A stretch of 64,000 bases of DNA from an uncultured virus (IMG/VR IMGVR_UViG_3300046782_000157) (IMGVR_UViG_3300046782_000157), one strand, 5' to 3'; counted from the first letter of the stretch, positions 40,826 through 50,424 are shown. Numbers and translations: made by a program. The notes: generated by a model not told the origin, from the letters alone.

Positions 40826-42709
40826 TTACTTCTTTCCGAGGTCTTTCATCGCTCTACGATGTACATCCAAGATGATCTCATTCAGCTTGCTTTTCGTTGC
40901 CGTCGTATCCTGGATGTATTGTTCGACGGTATTCCGGCTGCGGTAGTAGTAGCAGGTCACCTGATGGATCCGCGAGATCCTGTGAATCCGGTCTTCCAAT
41001 TGCTCCTGGTCGTCCGGGTTCCAAGTCTCGTCCAAGATGTGGCAAGTATCGGCTCGATCGAGCGTGATTGACACGCCGCCGGCAGTCGTGGTCATACAGA
41101 CGACTCTCGGGCCGGTTCCTTTCTGGAACTCACGCTGGATTCGTACACGATCCTTGCCCTTGGTATCGCCTGTGATCAACGCTACTGGGATGCCCTGCTT
41201 CTCAAGCCAGTTAGCCACCATGTTGATCATTTCCTTGAACTGGCTAGCGATAATCGTTTGAGCATCACCTTCGGGATCATCCGCGTCGATACCAGTTTCG
41301 TTGAGCTTCTGGAGCAGCTGTGGCAGCTTCCCAGAATCCTCAGTTGGGATCAACTTCTGCTTGATCTCGATCCCCTCACCTAGGCAGTCTTCACATCCAT
41401 GCAACATGCCTTCGTTTCTCTTGTGCTTGCATGGCACTTCGTACTCATGAATGAGACAGACTGCGTTGGCGAACTGCTTTAGTCGCAGATACTCCGTCAG
41501 GATGTTGGTGGCAGACAGATGTTGTTTCTCGATGCGGATCTCAGCAGCTCGCGCAAATTCACGATACTGAGCTGCTTGCTTCGGGGACATATCACACATG
41601 ACTTCCACCGGCTGCTTTGGAGGCAGCTGGCTTGCGACTTCCGACTTGAGCCGACGCACGATATACGGCGCGTGATAGGCGTAGAACGCCTCTTCAATGC
41701 CGGGCTTCAGGCCCATGATGATCTTGTGATTCCTGAAACCGCTCTCGATTACCAGCCACTGCTCAGCCCACTTCCACTTTGAGCTGAATCTGTCGGGGTC
41801 GATGAAGTTCAGCGCCGACCAGAGTCTGATTGGCTTACCACCCATAGGCGTACCGCTCATGGGGATTCGCTTCTGCTCTTTCCGTACCATGGCCTTGGCG
41901 AGTTTCGAGAACTGGGATGAGCTTTCGCAGAGCCCCGTTTTGTGGTACTCATCGATGGTGATACTCGTCCAGTTCGCTTCAAGGAACACGTCTCGCCACG
42001 ACTTCGAGCGTACCATGCTCGCAGTTGTGACAAAGGCATATCCACCATGGACTGCTACAGCTTCCATGATCTGCTCAGGAAGCGCGTTGCGCTCCTTCGC
42101 AGGTGTCTCGCTGTAGAGCGTGAACACCGGGATCTCGGTGAACCGTTCTAGCTCATATTGCCAGACAGTCTCCAGAGCAGTTTTCGGTGCTATGATCAGA
42201 TGTTCGCCTTGTTCGATCTGGGCTTCATGAATCGCACCGATGACTTCGATGGTCTTCCCGAGGCCCATCTGGTTCAGGTTGCCGGCGTTAGTCGCCGCCA
42301 GAAACGCGATGTCTGCTCGCTGATACGGCCGATCTGGCCAGTCCTCAGTTCCGTCGCCTGCAATAAGTGCTACAAGCTCTGGCACCGAGTCTGGACAATA
42401 GGCCAGCTCTGCATCTTCTGCGAGCGCGAGGCTCGACAGATTCCGCTCACGTTGAACCTCGTCCCGGCCCCACTGGAGCAGCTTCGGGCCCAGCGTGAGA
42501 GTGTTCTGGAACAGTAGACGCAGGATGCGGCCAGTCGCGAGATCGAGTGGCACTGACCAAGCCGGGCCACCTTTCTCAGGTGGAACGAACCGGCTGTTTG
42601 GCACCTTGAACTTGATGGTGTCCTTGGTACGGTGGTCGTACGAGAACGTCAACCAGATCCTCTTGCCATCCGGAGAGAGTTCTGCAACGACACCAGTGGT
42701 TTTACCCAC
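40826..42709 (-). CDS. SNF2-like SF2 helicase
   Basis: MGLGKT, DEYH, SGTP, Q.EDRIHR. Confidence 0.9.
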   Translation of the reverse strand: MGKTTGVVAELSPDGKRIWLTFSYDHRTKDTIKFKVPNSRFVPPEKGGPAWSVPLDLATGRILRLLFQNTLTLGPKLLQWGRDEVQRERNLSSLALAEDAELAYCPDSVPELVALIAGDGTEDWPDRPYQRADIAFLAATNAGNLNQMGLGKTIEVIGAIHEAQIEQGEHLIIAPKTALETVWQYELERFTEIPVFTLYSETPAKERNALPEQIMEAVAVHGGYAFVTTASMVRSKSWRDVFLEANWTSITIDEYHKTGLCESSSQFSKLAKAMVRKEQKRIPMSGTPMGGKPIRLWSALNFIDPDRFSSKWKWAEQWLVIESGFRNHKIIMGLKPGIEEAFYAYHAPYIVRRLKSEVASQLPPKQPVEVMCDMSPKQAAQYREFARAAEIRIEKQHLSATNILTEYLRLKQFANAVCLIHEYEVPCKHKRNEGMLHGCEDCLGEGIEIKQKLIPTEDSGKLPQLLQKLNETGIDADDPEGDAQTIIASQFKEMINMVANWLEKQGIPVALITGDTKGKDRVRIQREFQKGTGPRVVCMTTTAGGVSITLDRADTCHILDETWNPDDQEQLEDRIHRISRIHQVTCYYYRSRNTVEQYIQDTTATKSKLNEIILDVHRRAMKDLGKK

Positions 42710-42854
42710 TTGGCACCCTCCTTCGATGTATCCTACAATGTGCTGCAGCCATGGACAACGGCTGCAAGGGGCGTCTTCACCCCTCGGGATGTCCCTGGAA
42801 GCAGGAAGCCAGAGACACCCCGAGCGGTGGGGCGGGTTGCCCCGCCCTCGCCAC

Positions 42855-43226
42855 TCACTTCTTCAATCGGCTCCGTCGCCGGGTCTTGGCTACAATTTTG
42901 ACGCCTGAGCGTGTCTGCTCGGGGAGTCTGTTGTGCCGGACTTCCTGAACGATCGTTTTGATCTGATCGTCGTTCAGTCCTTTGATCCCGACCACATCTT
43001 CCAGCCCAACCGTTCGCATGTTCGTGTGGATCTCACGTCCTCGATCCACCATTCGGTCGGAGTAAAACTGGACGAGTGGCTGCTTTCGGAAGCCTGATGA
43101 CGTCTGGCCAGCAGGCAGGAAGCGTATGTACTTGGCGCAGAACACTTCGTCTGTGAACGTGATGGAAGTCTCGTCATCAGCGTTCATGAGTTCGCTTCGA
43201 GTACGCACGCTCCTGCCTTCTAGCAA
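42855..43226 (-). CDS. hypothetical protein
   Basis: ORF between helicase and DNA-binding gene. Confidence 0.55.
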   Translation of the reverse strand: MLEGRSVRTRSELMNADDETSITFTDEVFCAKYIRFLPAGQTSSGFRKQPLVQFYSDRMVDRGREIHTNMRTVGLEDVVGIKGLNDDQIKTIVQEVRHNRLPEQTRSGVKIVAKTRRRSRLKK

Positions 43227-43258
43227 CGCCTTCAGTTCATCATCAACATCGATGTGAA

Positions 43259-43738
43259 CTAAGGGCGCTGGGAGAGTGCCGACCTCCGACGCACCTTGTC
43301 GGACTTGGGCTTGTTGGTGCTTCCTTTCGGCCTACCGGGGCCGCGCTTCTCAGTCGTATCTGATGCCGGCTTCTTGCTGGCCGATGCCCCGTTGGCGCTG
43401 GCCTTCCGGCCGCGACTGATGGAGTGCTTCTCCAGCACGTCGCCATACTCGTTCTTGAGCTGGGAGACGCTGACGCCGGTGTACGCTGCGATGCGCTCGA
43501 CGCGCAGACCGCGAGCCCGTGCCTTCTTGACGTTGGCCTCGGTGAGCTTGAACTTCAAGCTCGGGTCGATCACAACTTCCGCCGCGTACAGGATCTGGGC
43601 CGCCATTGGCCTGGCGACCTTGTACTTGTCCTGGATCGCGTCGAACTTGGCGCTGTCCTTGGCGTCCCCCATCTTCTTGATAACGGGGGCCACCTTCTGA
43701 ACCATGGTGGGGTCAGCACCCTTTGCGACTCTGGCCAT
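43259..43738 (-). CDS. basic DNA-binding protein with HTH-like segment and AT-hook
   Basis: RBS GAAGGAGGG; ERIAAYTGVSVSQL; KRGPGRPKGS. Confidence 0.65.
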   Translation of the reverse strand: MARVAKGADPTMVQKVAPVIKKMGDAKDSAKFDAIQDKYKVARPMAAQILYAAEVVIDPSLKFKLTEANVKKARARGLRVERIAAYTGVSVSQLKNEYGDVLEKHSISRGRKASANGASASKKPASDTTEKRGPGRPKGSTNKPKSDKVRRRSALSQRP

Positions 43739-43784
43739 GAGTCCCTCCTTCGTGGTAGTGGTGGATTAGGCCACTAGGGATGAT

Positions 43785-43813
43785 ATCGTAAAGTGGCCTG
43801 GATGGCTAGCCAA
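43785..43813 (-). promoter_or_regulatory. possible sigma70-type promoter
   Basis: TTGGCT-17 nt-TACGAT on - strand, preceded by hairpin GATCAAAACCCC/GGGGTTTTGGTC (~43821-43854). Confidence 0.35.
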
Positions 43814-43861
43814 CCATCCCGACCAAAACCCCATGATTACCAGGGGTTTTGATCGGCATAG

Positions 43862-44191
43862 TTAACTCGTCAATGCAAGCGCCCAGGCTGCACCTTCAGC
43901 GAAGCTCTCGACTTGATAGCCCGCTTCCTTGACAGGCTCGCCCTTGTGGAGCAGGTACTGGCGAGTCGTGAGCGTTCGCTCGCGTGCGTTGTATGGATTC
44001 AAAGCGACACGGACGACTGAGAGATCGCCGTTGTCCACCTGGAGCAGCTTCGGATGTTCTTTGGCGACATGTACACAGGCCTCATTGTGAGTCCCGAGCT
44101 TCATGTTGCAGGCCTCACAGAACTTCATCTGTACGACCTTGAGGCCTGGGAACTCGAATGACTGAATCCAACCAGCTTCTGCTTTAAGCAT
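43862..44191 (-). CDS. early hypothetical protein
   Basis: RBS GAAGGAGGGTCA. Confidence 0.6.
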   Translation of the reverse strand: MLKAEAGWIQSFEFPGLKVVQMKFCEACNMKLGTHNEACVHVAKEHPKLLQVDNGDLSVVRVALNPYNARERTLTTRQYLLHKGEPVKEAGYQVESFAEGAAWALALTS

Positions 44192-44259
44192 TGACCCTCC
44201 TTCTGAAGTTCGTATGAACTCCGAGCCTATCCGTCGTGTCGGACGGACAGACTCGCAGA

Positions 44260-44439
44260 TCACTTCGCGCTGACGATCCTGTATGAAGATGCTTCATTGA
44301 CGCCGATGATAACGTCTGCTTCGCCATCTGTCGGATTGAGCATCTGGGCCAAATGTGCACGTATCTGCTCAGGCGTTTGTTCGGGGCCGACAAGCCACTC
44401 AACCTCTACTTCAATCATGATGTAGACTGGATCATCCAA
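44260..44439 (-). CDS. early hypothetical protein (59 aa, TTG start)
   Basis: Lies exactly between two hairpin elements; manually translated. Confidence 0.55.
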   Translation of the reverse strand: MDDPVYIMIEVEVEWLVGPEQTPEQIRAHLAQMLNPTDGEADVIIGVNEASSYRIVSAK

Positions 44440-44506
44440 TCAGAGCACCCTCCCTTCTGGAGTTCTGATGAACTCCGAGCCTACTCCAATGGAGTAGACT
44501 CGCAGC

Positions 44507-45022
44507 TCACCTCTTGATGCTGTCGTATGCTGCTTTGAACCAGTCCATCGCTCGTCCTTCGTCGATGCTGGAGTCGTTGTACTCGATGATGAGCGACTCC
44601 AGCTGCTCGATGCTGTAATCCTTGATCTCGTCGTCGCTGAGTGTCAGGTCTTCTTGTTCAATCTCGCCGAAGTTGTTTGTTACCTCAGGCCGTTCGCTTC
44701 TCGGAATCGCCAGCGCGAGCGCACGCAACGACTTCTCCAATGCCTTCAACCTGGCCTTGGGGAATTCACCGCCTTTGAAGTAGTGCGATGGGTTCTGGAT
44801 CGTCGGGCAGTATGCCGTCAAGCCCGAGTCCCAGTCGTCAGACTTTGCGATGACGACACGAGCGAGCTTCGCGTTGATGACTGCGAGGCCGACGGCGCAG
44901 CCGTGCGGCTTCTTGTTGCCGTTAGCTTCCGCTTCCTGCATCAATTCGCCACAGAGCCAGTGTCCGGCTCGGATGTCCAGGATGGACTCCTCCAGCACGA
45001 CCTTGGCTGTCATTCTCGGCAT
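44507..45022 (-). CDS. early hypothetical protein
   Basis: RBS; CAVG and YND motifs. Confidence 0.6.
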   Translation of the reverse strand: MPRMTAKVVLEESILDIRAGHWLCGELMQEAEANGNKKPHGCAVGLAVINAKLARVVIAKSDDWDSGLTAYCPTIQNPSHYFKGGEFPKARLKALEKSLRALALAIPRSERPEVTNNFGEIEQEDLTLSDDEIKDYSIEQLESLIIEYNDSSIDEGRAMDWFKAAYDSIKR

Positions 45023-45167
45023 TGACCCTCCTTCGGTTACGGTACTCTCATGAGCACCGGCCGGCACCCAAAGGTACCAGCCGCTGATCACTACTTTCGC
45101 CATCTCTCCCGAATGATCATCCACAATATACGGAACCAGCGTGGTGACAGAAAGATTGGCGGTTGTG

Positions 45168-45437
45168 TCATTTGTGGATGACGCCGATCAGGCGCTCGAT
45201 CGGGATGGACATCTGCTTGCCCTTGGCAGGGCCGTTTTTGGGCCAGAACTTCACCCATCGGTTTCCATGTTCGTCGGTGAAGAACTCGACAGGCATCAAT
45301 TCCCTCTTGGGGTTTCTCGGCCTGTTTACGGGCACAGTCTCTCGTCTGATAAAGTAGATGGCGTTGCCATCTGACTCCTCGACCAAGACCGACTCGACGT
45401 TGTCCAAGACGATGTTCTCCTGTGGTGCTTCAACCAT
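45168..45437 (-). CDS. early hypothetical protein
   Basis: Overlap-coupled ORF. Confidence 0.55.
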   Translation of the reverse strand: MVEAPQENIVLDNVESVLVEESDGNAIYFIRRETVPVNRPRNPKRELMPVEFFTDEHGNRWVKFWPKNGPAKGKQMSIPIERLIGVIHK

Positions 45438-45685
45438 TATGCCTCCGTGAACTTGTGAATCGCCACGGGATCGGGATCATGGGCGTCGAACAATTCAACA
45501 CCGATGTCGTCGTTCTCGTAGCGATGGATGAATAAGCCGAAGATCACACGGTTTCCGATCTTGAAGATGAGGTCGTGCTCCCAATCCATTCGTTCTGGCA
45601 ATACCGGGAGCTGGATCGCAGCTGTGACGCCAGCCTCATCATAAGTAACGACCTTGACCTTGAGGAGCTTCGGCAGATTTGTCAC
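45437..45685 (-). CDS. early hypothetical protein
   Basis: RBS after hairpin element. Confidence 0.55.
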   Translation of the reverse strand: MTNLPKLLKVKVVTYDEAGVTAAIQLPVLPERMDWEHDLIFKIGNRVIFGLFIHRYENDDIGVELFDAHDPDPVAIHKFTEA

Positions 45686-45765
45686 TTCAGCATGACCCTC
45701 CTTCGTGTAATCGGAGTCGGGTGACTCCAGCCCCCGGTGACCGCAGAGTCAACCGGGAGCTGCAA

Positions 45766-46101
45766 CTACCCTGACATCCGTCGTATGTATGCTTGTAACG
45801 GAGTGTCTCTGTTGTCTCTTTGTTCTTGGATAGTTGCCCATCGACAATTACCGGGTTCGTAGTTCCCGTCATTGTCGATTCTGTCGATCTGCTTGCCTGG
45901 TGGTCGTACTCCCATGTCCGCCAGGAAGTTCTCGAACTTGAGCCAGCGTTCGCAAACCTTAATGCCTCGTGCTCCGTACTTGTAGTACGAATCGGCATTA
46001 GGATTCATGCAACGCTGTTTCATTGTCGTCCAGATTCGGTATGTGCTGGTAGGCTTTCCACCCTCACAGTGACCATGAGTTATCTGGCCGCCGGGCTTCA
46101 T
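45766..46101 (-). CDS. HNH endonuclease
   Basis: W..MKQRC.NP...YG.RGIKVC.RW..F..F..DMG...IDRIDNDGNYEPGNCRWAT. Confidence 0.9.
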   Translation of the reverse strand: MKPGGQITHGHCEGGKPTSTYRIWTTMKQRCMNPNADSYYKYGARGIKVCERWLKFENFLADMGVRPPGKQIDRIDNDGNYEPGNCRWATIQEQRDNRDTPLQAYIRRMSG

Positions 46102-46322
46102 CCGACTTGCTGGACTGGGTAGTGCGGCTTGATGTGCTTGTTGATATAGCTGCCAACGCTTTGCGCGTTAGCCGCTACAACAGCACGTTGGTATGGCACG
46201 CCTGTGTAGGCGTACGTCTTGCCGCTCTTGTATGTGACGTACATGATGCTCTTGTCACTATCCCAAGAGATCGACTCGACATTGCTGGAGTGTGGAACTG
46301 GAATCGGTCGTCGTGTGCTCAT
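46098..46322 (-). CDS. KTSC-domain protein
   Basis: SSNV.SI.WD.....V.YKSG.TY.Y.GVP...A.SVGSYINKHIK. Confidence 0.85.
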   Translation of the reverse strand: MSTRRPIPVPHSSNVESISWDSDKSIMYVTYKSGKTYAYTGVPYQRAVVAANAQSVGSYINKHIKPHYPVQQVG

Positions 46323-46516
46323 TTCGCACGCGCTTCCCCGGCCATAAACCGCTTGGCTGCTTCCTTGGGCTTCATCCCCGCCATGTACCAGTCGTGCAAC
46401 AGATCTTCGTCGCACTCGTCGCGCATGGTCAGATAGATTTCGCCCGTCTCAGCTTCGCGCATCTTGCTGACTTGATCGCCGAAGCGATCGCTCCAGTGAG
46501 AGAACGTGTAGCTCAT
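46319..46516 (-). CDS. early hypothetical protein
   Basis: ATGA-coupled. Confidence 0.55.
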   Translation of the reverse strand: MSYTFSHWSDRFGDQVSKMREAETGEIYLTMRDECDEDLLHDWYMAGMKPKEAAKRFMAGEARAK

Positions 46517-46770
46517 GTGATCGAGTCCAGGAATTCTTGCGCTTCACTTGCTGAGCAAGGATTATCCCACTCATCGAACATGTCTCTAGCTAGCTCCCAT
46601 GCTGTCGGCAGCCGCTTATTGCGGTACCACAGCAGACAGAGAGCGTCGAGCCACATGAATGGACGCTGATCACCAGGGCCACGCTCGACATCTGGGATGT
46701 TGTCAAGCTTGATGCCGGCCTCGCGCATCTCGCGCTCAGCTTCTTCCCAGGCGTGTTCGGGCTCGGTCAT
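46513..46770 (-). CDS. early hypothetical protein
   Basis: ATGA-coupled. Confidence 0.55.
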   Translation of the reverse strand: MTEPEHAWEEAEREMREAGIKLDNIPDVERGPGDQRPFMWLDALCLLWYRNKRLPTAWELARDMFDEWDNPCSASEAQEFLDSIT

Positions 46771-46970
46771 GTGATCACCTTGTTGGCCTTCAGCAGATCC
46801 ACGATCGTCTGGCGGTCGGCGTTGACGTTACCAGTCCGAGCTAGCCAGAGACAGTAGTCGATGATCTCGCCTCGGTTCTTGTACTCAACGCTGAAGATCT
46901 CCTTGTTCGTGGATGTCTTCACCGTTACGACATGTCCGACACGAGTCACGCTAATGTTGACCTGAGCCAT
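46767..46970 (-). CDS. early hypothetical protein
   Basis: TGATG-coupled. Confidence 0.55.
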   Translation of the reverse strand: MAQVNISVTRVGHVVTVKTSTNKEIFSVEYKNRGEIIDYCLWLARTGNVNADRQTIVDLLKANKVIT

Positions 46971-47500
46971 CACCAGCCTTCTTTCGCCGCACAAATTGGG
47001 CCAATGCCGAGTGCGCGACTGCGCTCGTCGGTGAGCGTCCGTCCGCAGATCCCGCAATGGCCCAGCTCGCGCCCGTAGCGCATGCTAGCCTCTTTGGGGT
47101 CTTTGGCGATCTCCGTCATGATAGACTTCCTGTGCTCCGTGTTCTTGATCGGATAGCGTTCATCCGATGCACGGACGCTCAGGAATGTGTAGCCTGCCCA
47201 CTTGCCCTCGGTCGGCTTGTCCACATGGTAGAACTTCAGGACATCGTCCATCGGATCGACCACTGCGTACCTGCCGGCCGGGATGTCAGGCCAGTCTCGA
47301 CTGACCTGCTTCTTAGGCAGTCCCTTCATGACGTCAATGATCCGGCTCGCTTCGCCCTTGCTGAGCTTTCGCGTGCCGGCATCGACCTTGGCGATGAAAG
47401 CAGCTTGCTTCTCCGTGATCTCATGCTTCTTGGCGAGATCGTGGAGATACTCAAGCTGATTCTCCGATGCTGGATCCTCTGTCCAGGCTGTCGTTGCCAT
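46970..47500 (-). CDS. DUF6011-like zinc-binding protein
   Basis: CGICGRTLTDERSRALGIGPICA; N-terminal ASENQL.YL.DL. Confidence 0.75.
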   Translation of the reverse strand: MATTAWTEDPASENQLEYLHDLAKKHEITEKQAAFIAKVDAGTRKLSKGEASRIIDVMKGLPKKQVSRDWPDIPAGRYAVVDPMDDVLKFYHVDKPTEGKWAGYTFLSVRASDERYPIKNTEHRKSIMTEIAKDPKEASMRYGRELGHCGICGRTLTDERSRALGIGPICAAKEGW

Positions 47501-47572
47501 ATGCCCTCCTTCGGGTTTGGTACTCGGCTGAGCACCGGCCCACCTCATTGCTGAGATGAGCCGCTGATCAAG

Positions 47573-47752
47573 TCACTTCAGGCATTTGAGGCAAGTAATG
47601 GGATGTCGAGTCTTGACCAGCACCATTGGATGACCATTCCACGGCTTCACGGGCTGTCCGCAGACGGGTTCGCCCGATGAGTTCCGCTCATGGTACTTCA
47701 AGCTGCTGTCAAGACTGGGCGTGATCTGCATCCTGATTTGAAGAGTCACCAT
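47573..47752 (-). CDS. small Cys/His protein
   Basis: H...CG...ITCLKCL; manually translated. Confidence 0.5.
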   Translation of the reverse strand: MVTLQIRMQITPSLDSSLKYHERNSSGEPVCGQPVKPWNGHPMVLVKTRHPITCLKCLK

Positions 47753-47940
47753 CAGTTACGCCCGATTTCGCATGCCCGTGTCTGACATTCTGGATCGCTG
47801 GACTTAACTTGGTTGGCCAGCATCAGAATGTATTGCGGCCCGCCATGATAATCCCCACCACAGCAAGCTGTGCCATCGCTGCGAAGACTGTGCACTGTTC
47901 GCCACTTTCGATGAACAAGCACTTGACGTGTCTTCACCAT
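47752..47940 (-). CDS. small Cys/His protein
   Basis: RBS; VH...CCG...C...C. Confidence 0.55.
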   Translation of the reverse strand: MVKTRQVLVHRKWRTVHSLRSDGTACCGGDYHGGPQYILMLANQVKSSDPECQTRACEIGRN

Positions 47941-48010
47941 TTGACCCTCCTTCTGGTACTCGGCTGAGCACCACACCCTGCCTTCGAGGGCAGGATGCGC
48001 TACTCAGTTG

Positions 48011-48190
48011 TTATCCGTGGTATTCATTGCTGAGGTGTGAGACGATATGGATGTGAGTATGTACCGGAGCGTTTTCCAGAAGATGACGGATGTAGAACGT
48101 CGCTGTTGCCAGCTCCGTGAACTTCTTGAACGTGCCTTCGCCGGATTCGCCACCCATCCACACTTCGTACACAACGTGTGGTTCGTCCAC
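48011..48190 (-). CDS. early hypothetical protein
   Basis: RBS then GTG. Confidence 0.55.
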   Translation of the reverse strand: MDEPHVVYEVWMGGESGEGTFKKFTELATATFYIRHLLENAPVHTHIHIVSHLSNEYHG

Positions 48191-48255
48191 GCTACCCTCC
48201 TTCTGGTGCTCTTCTGAACACCGAGCCTCACAATTGTCTTTGTGAGACTCGCTAC

Positions 48256-48561
48256 TCAGCTGACTGTTTCTTGGTAGATGATACCTCTGATCATCGGGGC
48301 CCACTCGGGCGAGTCAGGCCCGTAGTTGGTCGCTGAGAACACGTCCATGTCGGCCCTGACGACACTCGGCGTCTCGTTGTCAGCTGCTGGTTCCTCGGGG
48401 TCGAGCTTCTGACGGATCTCTAGCTTGAACATCGGCGTGCCCATGCTGTCGCAGATGATCATCTCGACATCACCTTCGGGAAGTGAGACTCTTGATACGA
48501 GAGAGAGATCATCGGCAACTTCGAGATACCACGGAGTTGGAATCAGCTCGGGTTCATCCAT
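48256..48561 (-). CDS. early acidic hypothetical protein
   Basis: RBS; stop inside hairpin element. Confidence 0.6.
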   Translation of the reverse strand: MDEPELIPTPWYLEVADDLSLVSRVSLPEGDVEMIICDSMGTPMFKLEIRQKLDPEEPAADNETPSVVRADMDVFSATNYGPDSPEWAPMIRGIIYQETVS

Positions 48562-48628
48562 CTGACCCTCCTTCGTTGCGGTACTCGGATGAGTACCGCG
48601 CCCACCCCATGCGGGGAAGACGCGCTAC

Positions 48629-48766
48629 TCATTTCTTTTTCTCGCAGTCGTCACAGATGCCGGCCACGATGTTGCTTCCGGTGATCTGTGCTTGAAATAG
48701 ATCCTGCGATGTGACCTGGACGTACTTGAATTTGTGACACTTGGTGCAGTAGCCAACAAGTCTCAT
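48629..48766 (-). CDS. small zinc-finger protein
   Basis: CTKC...CDDC; manually translated. Confidence 0.55.
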   Translation of the reverse strand: MRLVGYCTKCHKFKYVQVTSQDLFQAQITGSNIVAGICDDCEKKK

Positions 48767-48999
48767 CCTGGGCACTCGCTTTCAAGATGAACGAGATCGA
48801 GATCACCCTGGCTGTCGATCGCATCGTAGACTCTCAGCCCGAACTTGATGGGCACGCGAATGCGATTTGGCTGGGTTTTCCAGGTTTTTACCTGGCCGTT
48901 CACTCGCCAGCGTTGACACGTACCGTCGGCATTCTTGTAGAAGTCATGATGCAGAACGTCGCCGGGCTTCAACGCCTTGGCTTGTTCTAGCGTGATCAT
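48763..48999 (-). CDS. early hypothetical protein
   Basis: RVNG.VKTWKT.P...RVP.KFGL. Confidence 0.65.
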   Translation of the reverse strand: MITLEQAKALKPGDVLHHDFYKNADGTCQRWRVNGQVKTWKTQPNRIRVPIKFGLRVYDAIDSQGDLDLVHLESECPG

Positions 49000-49217
49000 G
49001 TCGACACCTGGCCCTGGGGCGAGATGCCGCCGTAGATCGGCTGACCATGATCAGTCCAGTGCATCGTGAAGCACAGATAGTTGTTCGGCAGATCGAGTCC
49101 GCCCTTCTGAACAACCACGTTTTCAAGTTTCGGGTTGTTAAGAAGAACATCAATGCTTTTCTTCTGCGCTGTAGTCATGGTATTGAAAGCCTCTTGGGTC
49201 ATCTTGACCTTGATCAC
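48996..49217 (-). CDS. early hypothetical protein
   Basis: Coupled ORF. Confidence 0.55.
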   Translation of the reverse strand: MIKVKMTQEAFNTMTTAQKKSIDVLLNNPKLENVVVQKGGLDLPNNYLCFTMHWTDHGQPIYGGISPQGQVST

Positions 49218-49597
49218 TTATGTGACCTCCATGCGACGATCTTGTCTCCGGGCAGGAAGATGACTGGCTTCTCCATCTGCGAGTGAAGAAAGCGATGCTT
49301 GTGCTTAACAACCTGTTCGCCCTCTGTCACCAGGCCACAGTCGCCCTCGATGTAGTACACACCGAATTGGAATGTGACGTAGTGCTCGAACTCTTGCCCT
49401 GACCATTTCGATTCAAGCTTGTTGTCTGGATCGAACGTCCAGGTGCCGAGATCCGAGAACTTCTTGCCAATCTGATATTCTCTGTCTGGATCTTCATCCA
49501 TGTAGGCCACGGTGTAGCAGAAGTCAAGCATCTGCTGATCCCAGATGAGATCCTTGCGACGCTTACCCTTCCGCTCCACATATATGTTGAGTGGCAT
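49214..49597 (-). CDS. early hypothetical protein
   Basis: RBS after element. Confidence 0.6.
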   Translation of the reverse strand: MPLNIYVERKGKRRKDLIWDQQMLDFCYTVAYMDEDPDREYQIGKKFSDLGTWTFDPDNKLESKWSGQEFEHYVTFQFGVYYIEGDCGLVTEGEQVVKHKHRFLHSQMEKPVIFLPGDKIVAWRSHK

Positions 49598-49662
49598 TCT
49601 GCCCTCCTTCGTGGTGTCGTATGAACACCGACCCACTCACTGTTAGGTGAGTGAGTCGCTAT

Positions 49663-49950
49663 TCAATCTTCATCCGATCTCAGCTTCTCTGTGAGCAGTC
49701 TATGGATCTCGCGGAGGATAGCTTGCTGATCGGACGGACTGAACCTCTGCTCCCAGATCGGCTTCTTGACTGGCGTCCTGGGTGGCTTTGCTGCTGGCTG
49801 TGGCTTCGGCTTGGCAGTGTACTCGCGAATGTCGTTTTTCCTGATAACATCCTTGATCCCACGACCGTGCAATCGCCACCATGCCATGATGAGTGCGATG
49901 GTGAACATTGCTGCCGGGATGTCGATGAAGATGAACTTGACGTAACTCAT
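49663..49950 (-). CDS. early membrane protein
   Basis: N-terminal hydrophobic helix; stop inside element. Confidence 0.55.
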   Translation of the reverse strand: MSYVKFIFIDIPAAMFTIALIMAWWRLHGRGIKDVIRKNDIREYTAKPKPQPAAKPPRTPVKKPIWEQRFSPSDQQAILREIHRLLTEKLRSDED

Positions 49951-50190
49951 GATGAAGGCGATAGTGCTACTAGGAACACGTACACGCCTATGATCAAGAG
50001 CGCGATCACAATTCCCAACACGAGGAGTCGGGACGCCATCCAGAGAATGACGAACTGATCTTGCCATCGTTTTGGGATCTTGATGGTCACCTTACATCGA
50101 TGCTGTTCCCGAGTGGTTTCATTTGACCCTCCTTCGGATGATGCTCATTTGAGCACCCGCCAACACACTCTGCGATGTGCCAGCGGCTGA

Positions 50191-50424
50191 TCAAATACGA
50201 ACAGCGATGAAGTCTCGCAGCCTTCCGTTGCCGATTAGGATTGTTGCGATCCACTGGTGGGTGTCGTTTCCTGTTCGGCGCTCGCGGATGATGCGTTGTC
50301 TGTTTCCCGCAAAATCATGCAAAGCGTGCATCGCGGTTGGTGCTTCGATGACAGCAACTTTGCGGAATGTCCCTGCGCCTCTGCCATCGTACCACGTTCT
50401 GATCTCGAATGTTCCCATTGTCAT
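50191..50424 (-). CDS. early hypothetical protein
   Basis: Coupled; stop inside element. Confidence 0.55.
   Translation of the reverse strand: MTMGTFEIRTWYDGRGAGTFRKVAVIEAPTAMHALHDFAGNRQRIIRERRTGNDTHQWIATILIGNGRLRDFIAVRI

Noticed and set aside
44446..44509. Hammerhead ribozyme (CTGATGA on + strand)
   Set aside because: No matching GAAA core, the motif is absent from other copies, and the wobble pairs favour the - strand.
47941..48631. SECIS/selenocysteine readthrough (UGA followed by a hairpin)
   Set aside because: The UGA itself is paired, some copies follow UAG or lie off the stop, and downstream genes have their own RBS.
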